A stretch of DNA of 32,000 nucleotides from Breznakia blatticola (GTDB taxonomy: Bacteria > Bacillota_I > Bacilli_A > Erysipelotrichales > Erysipelotrichaceae): contig NZ_SODD01000020.1 in NCBI RefSeq assembly GCF_004365815.1, positions 5,810-37,809 of the forward strand. Reading direction: 5' to 3'. Shown here piece after piece: positions 1 through 6,930 of this stretch (position 1 is its first letter; each line of letters opens with the position of its first letter). The notes below the pieces were generated by a model. It was not told the origin of the DNA. It saw nothing but the letters and a program-made list of their open reading frames with translations, and searched no databases. A program made the translations under genes and the position numbers.

Positions 1-2
1 TA

Positions 3-449
3 CTTGTATTGTTGGATGGACTAGAAGATCCACATAATTTGGGAGCGATATTACGAACATGTGATGCAGTTGGTGCTGATGGAGTCATTATTGGAAAACA
101 TCGTAGTGTTTCATTAAATCCAACAGTAGCCAAAGTATCCACAGGGGCAATTGATTATGTGCCAGTGTGCCAAGTCACAAATCTAGCAAATACCTTGCGT
201 GATTTGAAAAAGAAAGGCTATTGGGTGATTGGTAGTGATATGTATCAAGCGCAAGATTATAGTACACCTGACTATAAAATGCCAATTGTATTAGTGATTG
301 GTAGTGAAGGGTATGGAATGAGTGATGTGGTAAAGAAACAATGTGATATGTTTGTTAGTTTACCAATGGTTGGACATGTTACTTCTTTAAATGCTTCAGT
401 TGCCTGTGCAGTACTCCTATACGGAATCTATACAAATAGAAATAAATAA
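3..449 (+). CDS. rlmB: 23S rRNA 2'-O-ribose methyltransferase, SpoU/TrmH family (RlmB/YacO-like); the 5' end lies outside the window
   Basis: The reading frame is open to the window edge. The translation (LDGLEDPHNLGAILRTCDAVGADGVII...VIGSEGYGMS...SLNASVACAVLLY) shows the SpoU methylase motifs. Its position directly upstream of sigH-rpmG-secE-nusG matches Bacillus. Confidence 0.85.
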   Translation, partial: LVLLDGLEDPHNLGAILRTCDAVGADGVIIGKHRSVSLNPTVAKVSTGAIDYVPVCQVTNLANTLRDLKKKGYWVIGSDMYQAQDYSTPDYKMPIVLVIGSEGYGMSDVVKKQCDMFVSLPMVGHVTSLNASVACAVLLYGIYTNRNK

Positions 450-466
450 AGTTAGGGGGTGAAATT

Positions 467-1102
467 GTGAGTCATTGTCATCAAAATGACAATGAGCTTC
501 TATATTTGATTCGACAGGGCGATGAAGAGGCATTGTCATTGCTGATTGATGCATATAAGCGAATCATTCGCGCATATGTGCATGGCTATAGTTGCAAAGT
601 GAAGACATCTTGCGATTTAGAAGATTTATATCAAGAGTGTATCATCGCATTATACAAAGCAGCCAATACGTATAAAGAAACGATGGACTGTAAGTTTAGT
701 AGTTATTATCGTGTCGTGATGGAGCGTACGTGTTACAACTATCTTCGTTCTGCATACAATCTGAAGAATCGAGCAAATCAAAGTTTATTATCTCTTGATC
801 AATATGTATGTGAGCAAGGTGGCTTGCTGATTGGAGATATTATCGCTTGTGATCCGTGTATTGAACCAACATGGGCATTTGAAATCAAACAACAAATGGT
901 ATCCATTCGTCGATGTGTGAAAAACATGGGTGAGAAAGAACAAAAGATATTCACTTTATGGGAACAAGATTACTCATATAAAGAGATATCAAGGATTTTA
1001 TCTGAAGCAGAAAAAACGATTGATAATACGATGTATCGTTTGAAAAAAGATTTGCGTATTCAAATGATGAGTGCAGGATATAAACTACCCTCAAAGAAAT
1101 GA
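467..1102 (+). CDS. sigH: Sigma-70 family RNA polymerase sigma factor, SigH-like (region 2 plus region 4)
   Basis: GTG start 7 nt after the RBS GGGGGTGA. The ~210 aa protein has a region-2-like segment (DLEDLYQECIIALYKAANTYK) and a region-4 HTH (YSYKEISRILSEAEKTIDNTMYRLKK). Its position between rlmB and rpmG matches B. subtilis sigH. Confidence 0.65.
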   Translation: MSHCHQNDNELLYLIRQGDEEALSLLIDAYKRIIRAYVHGYSCKVKTSCDLEDLYQECIIALYKAANTYKETMDCKFSSYYRVVMERTCYNYLRSAYNLKNRANQSLLSLDQYVCEQGGLLIGDIIACDPCIEPTWAFEIKQQMVSIRRCVKNMGEKEQKIFTLWEQDYSYKEISRILSEAEKTIDNTMYRLKKDLRIQMMSAGYKLPSKK

Positions 1103-1110
1103 ATTCAACC

Positions 1111-1165
1111 AACAAGGAAAATGAACGTAAGTGAATAAAATGCGTGCTTTTCCTTGTTTGTTTGT
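1111..1165 (+). terminator. Intrinsic terminator after the sigma factor gene
   Basis: AACAAGGAAAA (1111-1121) pairs perfectly with TTTTCCTTGTT (1148-1158). The stem is followed by a T-rich tail (TGTTTG). The loop is large (26 nt). Confidence 0.6.
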
Positions 1166-1189
1166 GGTAGGATAAATATTAGACATTCA

Positions 1190-1218
1190 TTGACTAAGTA
1201 AAGGTCATATGATAAAGT
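1190..1218 (+). promoter_or_regulatory. Sigma-A type promoter for rpmG-secE-nusG
   Basis: TTGACT (1190-1195), a 17 nt spacer, then TAAAGT (1213-1218), preceded by an extended -10 TGn (TGA at 1210-1212). Confidence 0.5.
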
Positions 1219-1240
1219 AATAAGGCAATGAGGTGATATC

Positions 1241-1405
1241 GTGGCTAATAATGGACAAGCACAAAAAGTGATACTGACATGTAGCGAATGTTTATCACGT
1301 AATTATTCAACAAAGAAGAATAAAACAACCTATACAGAACGTATGGAAATTAAGAAATTTTGTAAAAAGTGTGGAAAACACACGATTCATAAAGAAACAA
1401 AGTAG
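1241..1405 (+). CDS. rpmG: 50S ribosomal protein L33 (zinc-ribbon C+ form)
   Basis: This gene is absent from the ORF track because it is only 54 aa. GTG start follows the RBS AGGTGA. The translation is (M)[53 protein letters not shown], the typical L33 sequence with CxxC...CxxC. It ends at TAG 1403-1405. Confidence 0.9.
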   Translation: MANNGQAQKVILTCSECLSRNYSTKKNKTTYTERMEIKKFCKKCGKHTIHKETK

Positions 1406-1416
1406 GAGGAATCGAG

Positions 1417-1599
1417 ATGTTAAAATGGTTTAGTATCCGTGGGATTATAACTGAAATCAAGCGAATTCGTTGGTCATCACCAAAGGATCTTGCAAAAGAT
1501 AGCGCAACTGTAATTATCTTTACAGCTGCATTTGCATTGTTCTTTTTGGCATGTACAGCGTTCAACGCATGGTTCTTGACGGATTTATTAGGTGTATAA
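1417..1599 (+). CDS. secE: Preprotein translocase subunit SecE
   Basis: RBS GGAGGA. The 60 aa protein has the motif EIKRIRWSSPKDL followed by a single TM helix. It sits at the conserved position between rpmG and nusG. Confidence 0.9.
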   Translation: MLKWFSIRGIITEIKRIRWSSPKDLAKDSATVIIFTAAFALFFLACTAFNAWFLTDLLGV

Positions 1600-1602
1600 T
1601 AT

Positions 1603-2190
1603 ATGAGTGAAATAAAAAAAGAATGGTATGTAGTAAATACATATGCAGGACATGAAAATAAAGTAAAGTTGAACTTGGAACGTCGTGTAGAAACAATGGG
1701 TCTACAAGATTCACTATTCCAAATCATCGTTGCTGAAGAAACAGAAATCGAATACAAAAACGGTAAAAAAGTTGAGAAGGTAAAAAACCTTTTCCCTGGA
1801 TACTTATTTGTTGAAATGATGATGACTGATGAAGCTTGGTATATTGTTCGTAATACGCCTGGTGTTACAGGATTTATCGGATCAAGTGGTGGTGGGGCAA
1901 AACCATTCCCAGTTGCTGAAGATGAAATTGATTCTATCCTACGTCGTTTAGGAATGAGTGAAAAGAAAGTCAACGTGGATTTCGAAGTTGGAGATCACGT
2001 ACGTATTCTTGATGGACCATTTGCAAACATGGAAGGAACAGTTGAAGAATTAAATGCAGAAACACAAGTTGCAACTGTATTAACAACACTGTTTGGTAGA
2101 GAAACACCTGCAGAAATTGGATATGCTGATTTAGAAAAGTCAGAATATACAAAAACATTAGAAGATGTAAAACTAGTGGAAGAAGAATAA
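1603..2190 (+). CDS. nusG: Transcription termination/antitermination factor NusG
   Basis: The N-terminus KEWYVVNTYAGHENKV is the NGN domain. The C-terminal KOW motif is (FEVGDHVRILDGPFANMEGTVEE). Confidence 0.95.
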   Translation: MSEIKKEWYVVNTYAGHENKVKLNLERRVETMGLQDSLFQIIVAEETEIEYKNGKKVEKVKNLFPGYLFVEMMMTDEAWYIVRNTPGVTGFIGSSGGGAKPFPVAEDEIDSILRRLGMSEKKVNVDFEVGDHVRILDGPFANMEGTVEELNAETQVATVLTTLFGRETPAEIGYADLEKSEYTKTLEDVKLVEEE

Positions 2191-2205
2191 TCTTCTACTT
2201 TTTTT
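2179..2205 (+). terminator. Intrinsic terminator overlapping the nusG stop codon
   Basis: AGAAGA (2181-2186), loop ATAA that contains the stop codon, then TCTTCT (2191-2196). One further G-C pair lies outside an A/A mismatch. A T7 run follows at 2199-2205. Confidence 0.55.
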
Positions 2206-2248
2206 ATGGAATATGATATAAAATAAACGTGGAAAGGTTGGACGTATT

Positions 2249-2926
2249 ATGAAAGAAATAAGCATGTTTGATGTCATTGGTCCAAATATGATAGGACCTT
2301 CATCAAGTCATACCGCAGGGGCATGTCGAATCGCACAAATTGCACGTCGTATTGCCAATGAGAAAATTGTAGATGTACGCTTTGATTTATATGGTTCATT
2401 CGCCAAAACATATAAAGGCCATGGTACAGATCGTGCACTTGTTGCAGGTATGTTGGGGATGAATCCAGATGATGAACGAATTAAGGATTCATTTAGCTAT
2501 GCTAAAGAAGCAGGACTCGCTTTTACATTTAAAGAAAAACACGACCCTGCATTTGCACCAAACACGGTAATCATTCATATGGTGGATCAGTTTGGTGTTA
2601 CATACAAGATGCGTGGAGAAAGCGTTGGTGGTGGAGAAGTAATGATCAATTCCATCAATGGAGTCGAGGTAAATCTAAGTGGTGAATATGATACCATTGT
2701 TGTGAAGCAACAAGATGCTCCAGGAGTCATCGCTAGATTATCAAGTATTCTTGCAAACTATGGAATTAATATTGCCTTTATGAAACTCTATCGCGAAGAC
2801 AAAGGGAAGATTGCCTATACGATAGTTGAAGTTGATGAACACTTTGATAATGCATTGTTTGAAGAACTACGCAAAGATAAAGCGATTTTAAGTGTATCCT
2901 ATATACCTAGATTGGAGTGGGACTAA
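2249..2926 (+). CDS. sdaAB: L-serine dehydratase, iron-sulfur dependent, beta subunit (with C-terminal ACT domain)
   Basis: SMFDVIGPNMIGPSSSHTAGACRIA is the signature N-terminus of SdaAB. A downstream ACT-like region follows (TIVVKQQDAPGVIARLSSILANYGINIAFM). Confidence 0.9.
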   Translation: MKEISMFDVIGPNMIGPSSSHTAGACRIAQIARRIANEKIVDVRFDLYGSFAKTYKGHGTDRALVAGMLGMNPDDERIKDSFSYAKEAGLAFTFKEKHDPAFAPNTVIIHMVDQFGVTYKMRGESVGGGEVMINSINGVEVNLSGEYDTIVVKQQDAPGVIARLSSILANYGINIAFMKLYREDKGKIAYTIVEVDEHFDNALFEELRKDKAILSVSYIPRLEWD

Positions 2927-3783
2927 TGTTTAAAAGTGCAAAAGAATTATTCGCTTTAACGGAAAAAGAAAATTGTAGTATTTCACAAATCATGGTCAAA
3001 CGTGAAATAGAAGTGTTCAACCGTAAAGAAGAAGATATATACTTACGAATGGAAAAATCATGGACCATTATGAAGCAAGCTGCACATAAACCAATTCATC
3101 AAGAACTGGAATCAATGGGTGGATTTCTTCACGAAGAAGCAAAAGATATGCAAGCGTTTATCGAAAGTGGGAAAAGCTTTTGTGGGGAGCTTGTTGATAA
3201 GGCGGTACTGTATGCACTAGCAGTCAGTCAAGTCAATGCTTCAATGGGGCTGATTGTTGCAGCACCTACAGCAGGTGCTAGTGGGGTCCTGCCAGGATGT
3301 TTTGTCGCATTACAAGAAGTTCGTGGCTTCAGTGATAAACAGATAATTGAAGCACTGTATAATGCAAGTGCGATTGGCTATTTAACAATGCGTAATGCCA
3401 ATGTATCTGGTGCACAAGGTGGTTGCCAAGCTGAGGTTGGTACAGCAAGTGCAATGGCAGCAAGTGCGATCGTAGAGTTGATGGGTGGAAGTGTGCAACA
3501 ATCCTTGCATGCAGCAAGTCATGCATTTATGAATATCTTAGGACTTGTATGTGATCCAATTTGTGGATTGGTAGAAGTGCCTTGTCAAACAAGAAACACA
3601 ATTGGTGCAACAAATGCTCTGATTTGTGCACAAATGGCAATGAGTGGAATTGCTAATGTAATTCCCTTAGATGACATGATTGAAGTTATGGAAAATGTTG
3701 GTCGTTCTTTACCAGCAACCTTACGTGAAACCGCTATGGGTGGTAGTGCAAAAGCAAAACACATTTGTAAAGGATGCAAATAA
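2926..3783 (+). CDS. sdaAA: L-serine dehydratase, iron-sulfur dependent, alpha subunit
   Basis: The ATG at 2926 overlaps the sdaAB stop (TAATG), with GGAG 8 nt upstream. I prefer this start to the GTG at 2917 used in the ORF track. The protein has the motifs AAPTAGASGVLPG and the Fe-S cysteine motif CDPICGLVEVPC. Confidence 0.9.
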   Translation: MFKSAKELFALTEKENCSISQIMVKREIEVFNRKEEDIYLRMEKSWTIMKQAAHKPIHQELESMGGFLHEEAKDMQAFIESGKSFCGELVDKAVLYALAVSQVNASMGLIVAAPTAGASGVLPGCFVALQEVRGFSDKQIIEALYNASAIGYLTMRNANVSGAQGGCQAEVGTASAMAASAIVELMGGSVQQSLHAASHAFMNILGLVCDPICGLVEVPCQTRNTIGATNALICAQMAMSGIANVIPLDDMIEVMENVGRSLPATLRETAMGGSAKAKHICKGCK

Positions 3784-3802
3784 AGATACATTACGAATGA
3801 TG

Positions 3803-3848
3803 GCACGTAGAAAGTTGCAAGAATGCTTGCATTTCACGTGCTTTTATT
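3803..3848 (+). terminator. Intrinsic terminator after sdaAA
   Basis: A composite stem: GCACGT (3803-3808) pairs with ACGTGC (3836-3841), GAAA with TTTC, and TGCAAG (3816-3821) with CTTGCA (3826-3831). The loop is AATG. The stem is followed by TTTTATTAT. Confidence 0.75.
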
Positions 3849-3849
3849 A

Positions 3850-3952
3850 TATTATAAGGAAGCCTGTTTAGGCATAAGCTTACTATGCGTGGTAGGAAGG
3901 TGCGATCCTTTCGATTGACCACTGCATAAGACAAAGAAAACGGAGGTGTCTT
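3850..3952 (+). promoter_or_regulatory. Structured 5' leader of rplK-rplA (candidate L1-responsive r-protein leader)
   Basis: Hairpins: GCATA (3872-3876) pairs with TATGC (3884-3888). GTGGT (3889-3893) pairs with ACCAC (3918-3922) and encloses GAAGG/CCTTT. GCATAAG is repeated at 3872 and 3924. The functional assignment rests only on the position upstream of the L11-L1 genes. Confidence 0.25.
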
Positions 3953-4372
3953 ATGAGCAAGAAAAAAATCGCAAAAGTAGCGAAGCTACAATTCCCAGCA
4001 GGGGGAGCGAAACCAGGACCTGCATTGGCATCAGTTGGAATCAACATGCCTCAATTTACACAAGCATTTAACGATGCTACTAGAGACCGTCAAGGTGATA
4101 TCGTTCCAGTAATCATTACTGCATACGAAGACAAAAGTTTTGATTTTGTATTAAAAACTACACCAGCTTCAATCTTATTAAAGAAAGCAGCAAACGTAAA
4201 CAAAGGTGCAAGTGACTCAAAAGTTTCTGTTGGAACTATTAGTGCTGACAAAATTCGCGAAATCGCTGAATACAAAATGCCAGACTTAAATGCAAACGAT
4301 ATTGATGGAGCAATGAAAATCATTGCTGGTACTGCTCGCAACATGGGTATTGTTGTCGAAGGTATGGAATAG
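3953..4372 (+). CDS. rplK: 50S ribosomal protein L11
   Basis: RBS GGAGGTG. The sequence [30 protein letters not shown] is canonical L11. Confidence 0.97.
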   Translation: MSKKKIAKVAKLQFPAGGAKPGPALASVGINMPQFTQAFNDATRDRQGDIVPVIITAYEDKSFDFVLKTTPASILLKKAANVNKGASDSKVSVGTISADKIREIAEYKMPDLNANDIDGAMKIIAGTARNMGIVVEGME

Positions 4373-4381
4373 GAGGTCACC

Positions 4382-5062
4382 ATGGCTAATAAAGGTAGAA
4401 AATATTTAGAAGCTGCAAAATTAGTAGACGCTGAAAAAACATACGCTATTAACGATGCAATCGCTTTAATTAAAAAAGCAAGTTACGCAAAATTTGACGA
4501 AAGTGTTGAATTATCAATGCGTTTAAACGTTGATCCACGTCATGCGGACCAACAAATCCGTGGAGCTATCGTTCTTCCAAACGGAAGTGGACGTACACAA
4601 AAAGTTTGTGTTATCGCTCAAGGAGCTCAAGAACAAGAAGCGAAAGATGCTGGAGCAGATTTCGTTGGTGGAAAAGAATTAATCGACGATATGAAAAAAG
4701 GTTGGTTAGATTTCGATGTAATCGTAGCAACACCTAACATGATGGGTGAACTAGGAAAAATCGGGAAAATCTTAGGACCTAAAGGATTAATGCCAAACCC
4801 TAAAACTGGTACAGTTACAATGGACGTTAAAAAAGCCGTTGAAGATATCAAAAAAGGGAAAGTAGAATACCGTGTTGATAAAGATGGAAACATCAACGTA
4901 CTTATGGGTAAAGTAAGTTTCGATGATGCAAAACTAGTTGAAAACTTCAACACATTATACGATGTTGTAGCTAAGGCTCGTCCAGCTGCAGTAAAAGGAC
5001 AATACTTCTTAAACATTACAGTAAGTAGTACAATGGGTCCTGGTGTCAAAGTTGCAATTTAA
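4382..5062 (+). CDS. rplA: 50S ribosomal protein L1
   Basis: RBS AGGAGG. The sequences [25 protein letters not shown] and [10 protein letters not shown] are canonical L1. Confidence 0.97.
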   Translation: MANKGRKYLEAAKLVDAEKTYAINDAIALIKKASYAKFDESVELSMRLNVDPRHADQQIRGAIVLPNGSGRTQKVCVIAQGAQEQEAKDAGADFVGGKELIDDMKKGWLDFDVIVATPNMMGELGKIGKILGPKGLMPNPKTGTVTMDVKKAVEDIKKGKVEYRVDKDGNINVLMGKVSFDDAKLVENFNTLYDVVAKARPAAVKGQYFLNITVSSTMGPGVKVAI

Positions 5063-5065
5063 TTG

Positions 5066-5094
5066 TTGACTTTATCGTAGATACCATATAGAAT
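5066..5094 (+). promoter_or_regulatory. Sigma-A promoter for rplJ-rplL
   Basis: TTGACT (5066-5071), a 17 nt spacer, then TAGAAT (5089-5094), immediately after the rplA stop. Confidence 0.6.
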
Positions 5095-5220
5095 AACAAT
5101 GTTTCAATATGCCATAGACAGTAACGGCGCAAGCTTAATCATGTTACCGAGGTAAATGAGAAAAAGATGATAAACTTTTAACTCGTTTTGTCTATGTAAG
5201 GATAAGACGAGTTTTTTATT
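5095..5220 (+). promoter_or_regulatory. L10 (rplJ) leader with terminator/attenuator hairpin
   Basis: A ~170 nt untranslated leader lies between the promoter and rplJ. An 11 bp stem, CTCGTTTTGTC (5182-5192) with GATAAGACGAG (5201-5211), has two G-U pairs and is followed by T6 at 5212-5217. This layout matches the Firmicutes L10-leader attenuation mechanism. Confidence 0.6.
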
Positions 5221-5263
5221 CTCTTAGGTATATTGATCAAATATAAGTAAGAGGAGGTTAAAT

Positions 5264-5767
5264 ATGAAAGAAGCAGTATTACAAGCAAAACAGGAACTCG
5301 TAACTGAAATTTCTGACAAGTTCAAAAATAGCTCAAGTAGCGTTATCGTTGAATACCGTGGGTTATCAGTTGCTGAAGTTACTGAACTTCGTCGTGAATT
5401 ACGCGAAGAAGGTGTAGACTTTACAGTTTACAAAAACTCAATGGTAGTGCGTGCTGCAGAAGATGCTGGTTATGGTGATTTAAAAGAAAGCCTGACTGGA
5501 CCTAACGCATTCGCATTCTCAGAAGATGCAGTTGCACCTGCAAGAGTATTAGCAAAATTTGCGAAAACTCATAGTGCATTAGTAATTAAAGCTGGTGTGG
5601 TTGAAGGAGAAGTTGTTGGAATTGACACAATTACAAAACTATCAAAACTACCAAACCGCGATGGTATGATCTCTATGTTCTTAAGTTGCTTACAAGCACC
5701 TATTAGAGACTTCGCATGTGTTGTATCAGCAGTGCGTGACCAAAAACAAGAACAAGAACAAGCTTAA
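5264..5767 (+). CDS. rplJ: 50S ribosomal protein L10
   Basis: RBS GAGGAGG. The sequence VIVEYRGLSVAEVTELRRELREEGV is canonical L10. Confidence 0.97.
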   Translation: MKEAVLQAKQELVTEISDKFKNSSSSVIVEYRGLSVAEVTELRRELREEGVDFTVYKNSMVVRAAEDAGYGDLKESLTGPNAFAFSEDAVAPARVLAKFAKTHSALVIKAGVVEGEVVGIDTITKLSKLPNRDGMISMFLSCLQAPIRDFACVVSAVRDQKQEQEQA

Positions 5768-5796
5768 TAAAATAACATATAGGAGGAAAATTTATC

Positions 5797-6168
5797 ATGG
5801 CTAAATTAAATAAAGATGACGTAATTGCTTCTCTAAAAGAGATGACAATTCTTGAATTAAACGAACTAATCGAAGCAATCGAAGAAGAATTCGGAGTTAC
5901 TGCTGCTGCACCAGTTGCTGTAGTTGCTGCTGATGACGGAGCTGCTGCTGGAGAACCAACAGAAGTTACTGTAACAATCACAGAAGTTGGAGCTTCAAAA
6001 GTTAACGTAATTAAAGCAGTACGTGAAATTACTGGATTAGGATTATTAGAAGCTAAACAAAAAGTTGAAGCTACTCCTGCAGTAATTAAAGAAAACATTC
6101 CAGTAGCTGAAGCTGAAGAAATCAAAACTAAATTAGTTGACGCTGGAGCAGCTGTAGAAGTTAAATAA
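5797..6168 (+). CDS. rplL: 50S ribosomal protein L7/L12
   Basis: RBS AGGAGG. It has an Ala-rich hinge and the C-terminal sequence [24 protein letters not shown]. Confidence 0.97.
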   Translation: MAKLNKDDVIASLKEMTILELNELIEAIEEEFGVTAAAPVAVVAADDGAAAGEPTEVTVTITEVGASKVNVIKAVREITGLGLLEAKQKVEATPAVIKENIPVAEAEEIKTKLVDAGAAVEVK

Positions 6169-6207
6169 TTTTACATTATCTTACTTATTAACACCAAAGG
6201 ATGTGGT

Positions 6208-6813
6208 ATGATGTCTCACTATTTCGAAGATAATAAACATACAAAATCTAACCGGAAGGAATTCTCTTTCCGGTTTTGGTGTTTTGATTCAACCTTTATT
6301 AGTGACCATGGAGTCTTTAGTAAAGATGGTCTTGATGTAGGTACAAAAGTCTTGTTAGAAAGCATTGAAAATGAAGAATTCAAAGGTGATATTCTTGATT
6401 TGGGATGCGGATTAGGGACGGTTGGAATCTTGTTTAAAAAACGCTATCCACAAACACGTGTAACGATGGTTGATGTAAATGATCGTGCACTCGAATTGGC
6501 AAAAGAAAACGCGCAGAAGAATCAAGTTGATGTAGAGACTTTAAAGTCTGATGGTTTTGATTCTTTACATGAACGAAGATTCGAAAGCATTATTACCAAT
6601 CCACCCATACGTGCAGGTAAACAAGTTGTTTATAAATTACTAGCTGATAGTTATGCACATTTAGTGGATGATGGGTGTTTGTATTTTGTGATGCGTAAAT
6701 CACATGGTGCAAAAAGCGCGCAAAAGTATGTAGAGTCGATATTTGGTAATTGCCAACTACTGGCAAAAGACAAGGGGTTCTACGTATATAAGTCAAGTAA
6801 GAAACTCAAATAA
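6208..6813 (+). CDS. Class I SAM-dependent methyltransferase, YbxB/RsmC-like (16S rRNA m2G methyltransferase family)
   Basis: It carries the SAM motif ILDLGCGLGTVG and the catalytic motif NPPIRAG. The N-terminus HYFEDNKHTKSNRKEFSFRF...SDHGVFSK resembles B. subtilis YbxB, which occupies the same slot between rplL and rpoB. Confidence 0.85.
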   Translation: MMSHYFEDNKHTKSNRKEFSFRFWCFDSTFISDHGVFSKDGLDVGTKVLLESIENEEFKGDILDLGCGLGTVGILFKKRYPQTRVTMVDVNDRALELAKENAQKNQVDVETLKSDGFDSLHERRFESIITNPPIRAGKQVVYKLLADSYAHLVDDGCLYFVMRKSHGAKSAQKYVESIFGNCQLLAKDKGFYVYKSSKKLK

Positions 6814-6817
6814 ATGA

Positions 6818-6846
6818 TTGACAGATTGACAAAGTGTTGGTAATAT
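6818..6846 (+). promoter_or_regulatory. Sigma-A promoter upstream of rpoB (tandem -35 boxes)
   Basis: TTGACA (6818-6823), a 17 nt spacer, then TAATAT (6841-6846) with an extended -10 TGG at 6838-6840. A second TTGACA (6826-6831) lies 17 nt upstream of TAAATT (6849-6854). Confidence 0.55.
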
Positions 6847-6930
6847 AATAAATTGCAATAAAGTAAAATTTTATGATGGGGTTACATGCCCTTTTCGTCG
6901 TTTTAAAATACATAAGAAAGGAAGGCATTC

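Noticed and set aside
1350-1973. A 207 aa minus-strand ORF spanning rpmG, secE and nusG.
   Set aside because: It is antisense to three well-supported conserved genes and crosses their intergenic RBSs. It has no RBS and no recognisable motifs.
4627-5049. A 140 aa minus-strand ORF. Similar antisense ORFs lie at 4090-4383, 5703-6125, 10233-10589, 14501-14938, 26960-27277 and 28592-28879.
   Set aside because: All are antisense to ribosomal protein, RNAP or elongation-factor genes with unambiguous + strand coding. They are shadow ORFs created by codon-usage bias.
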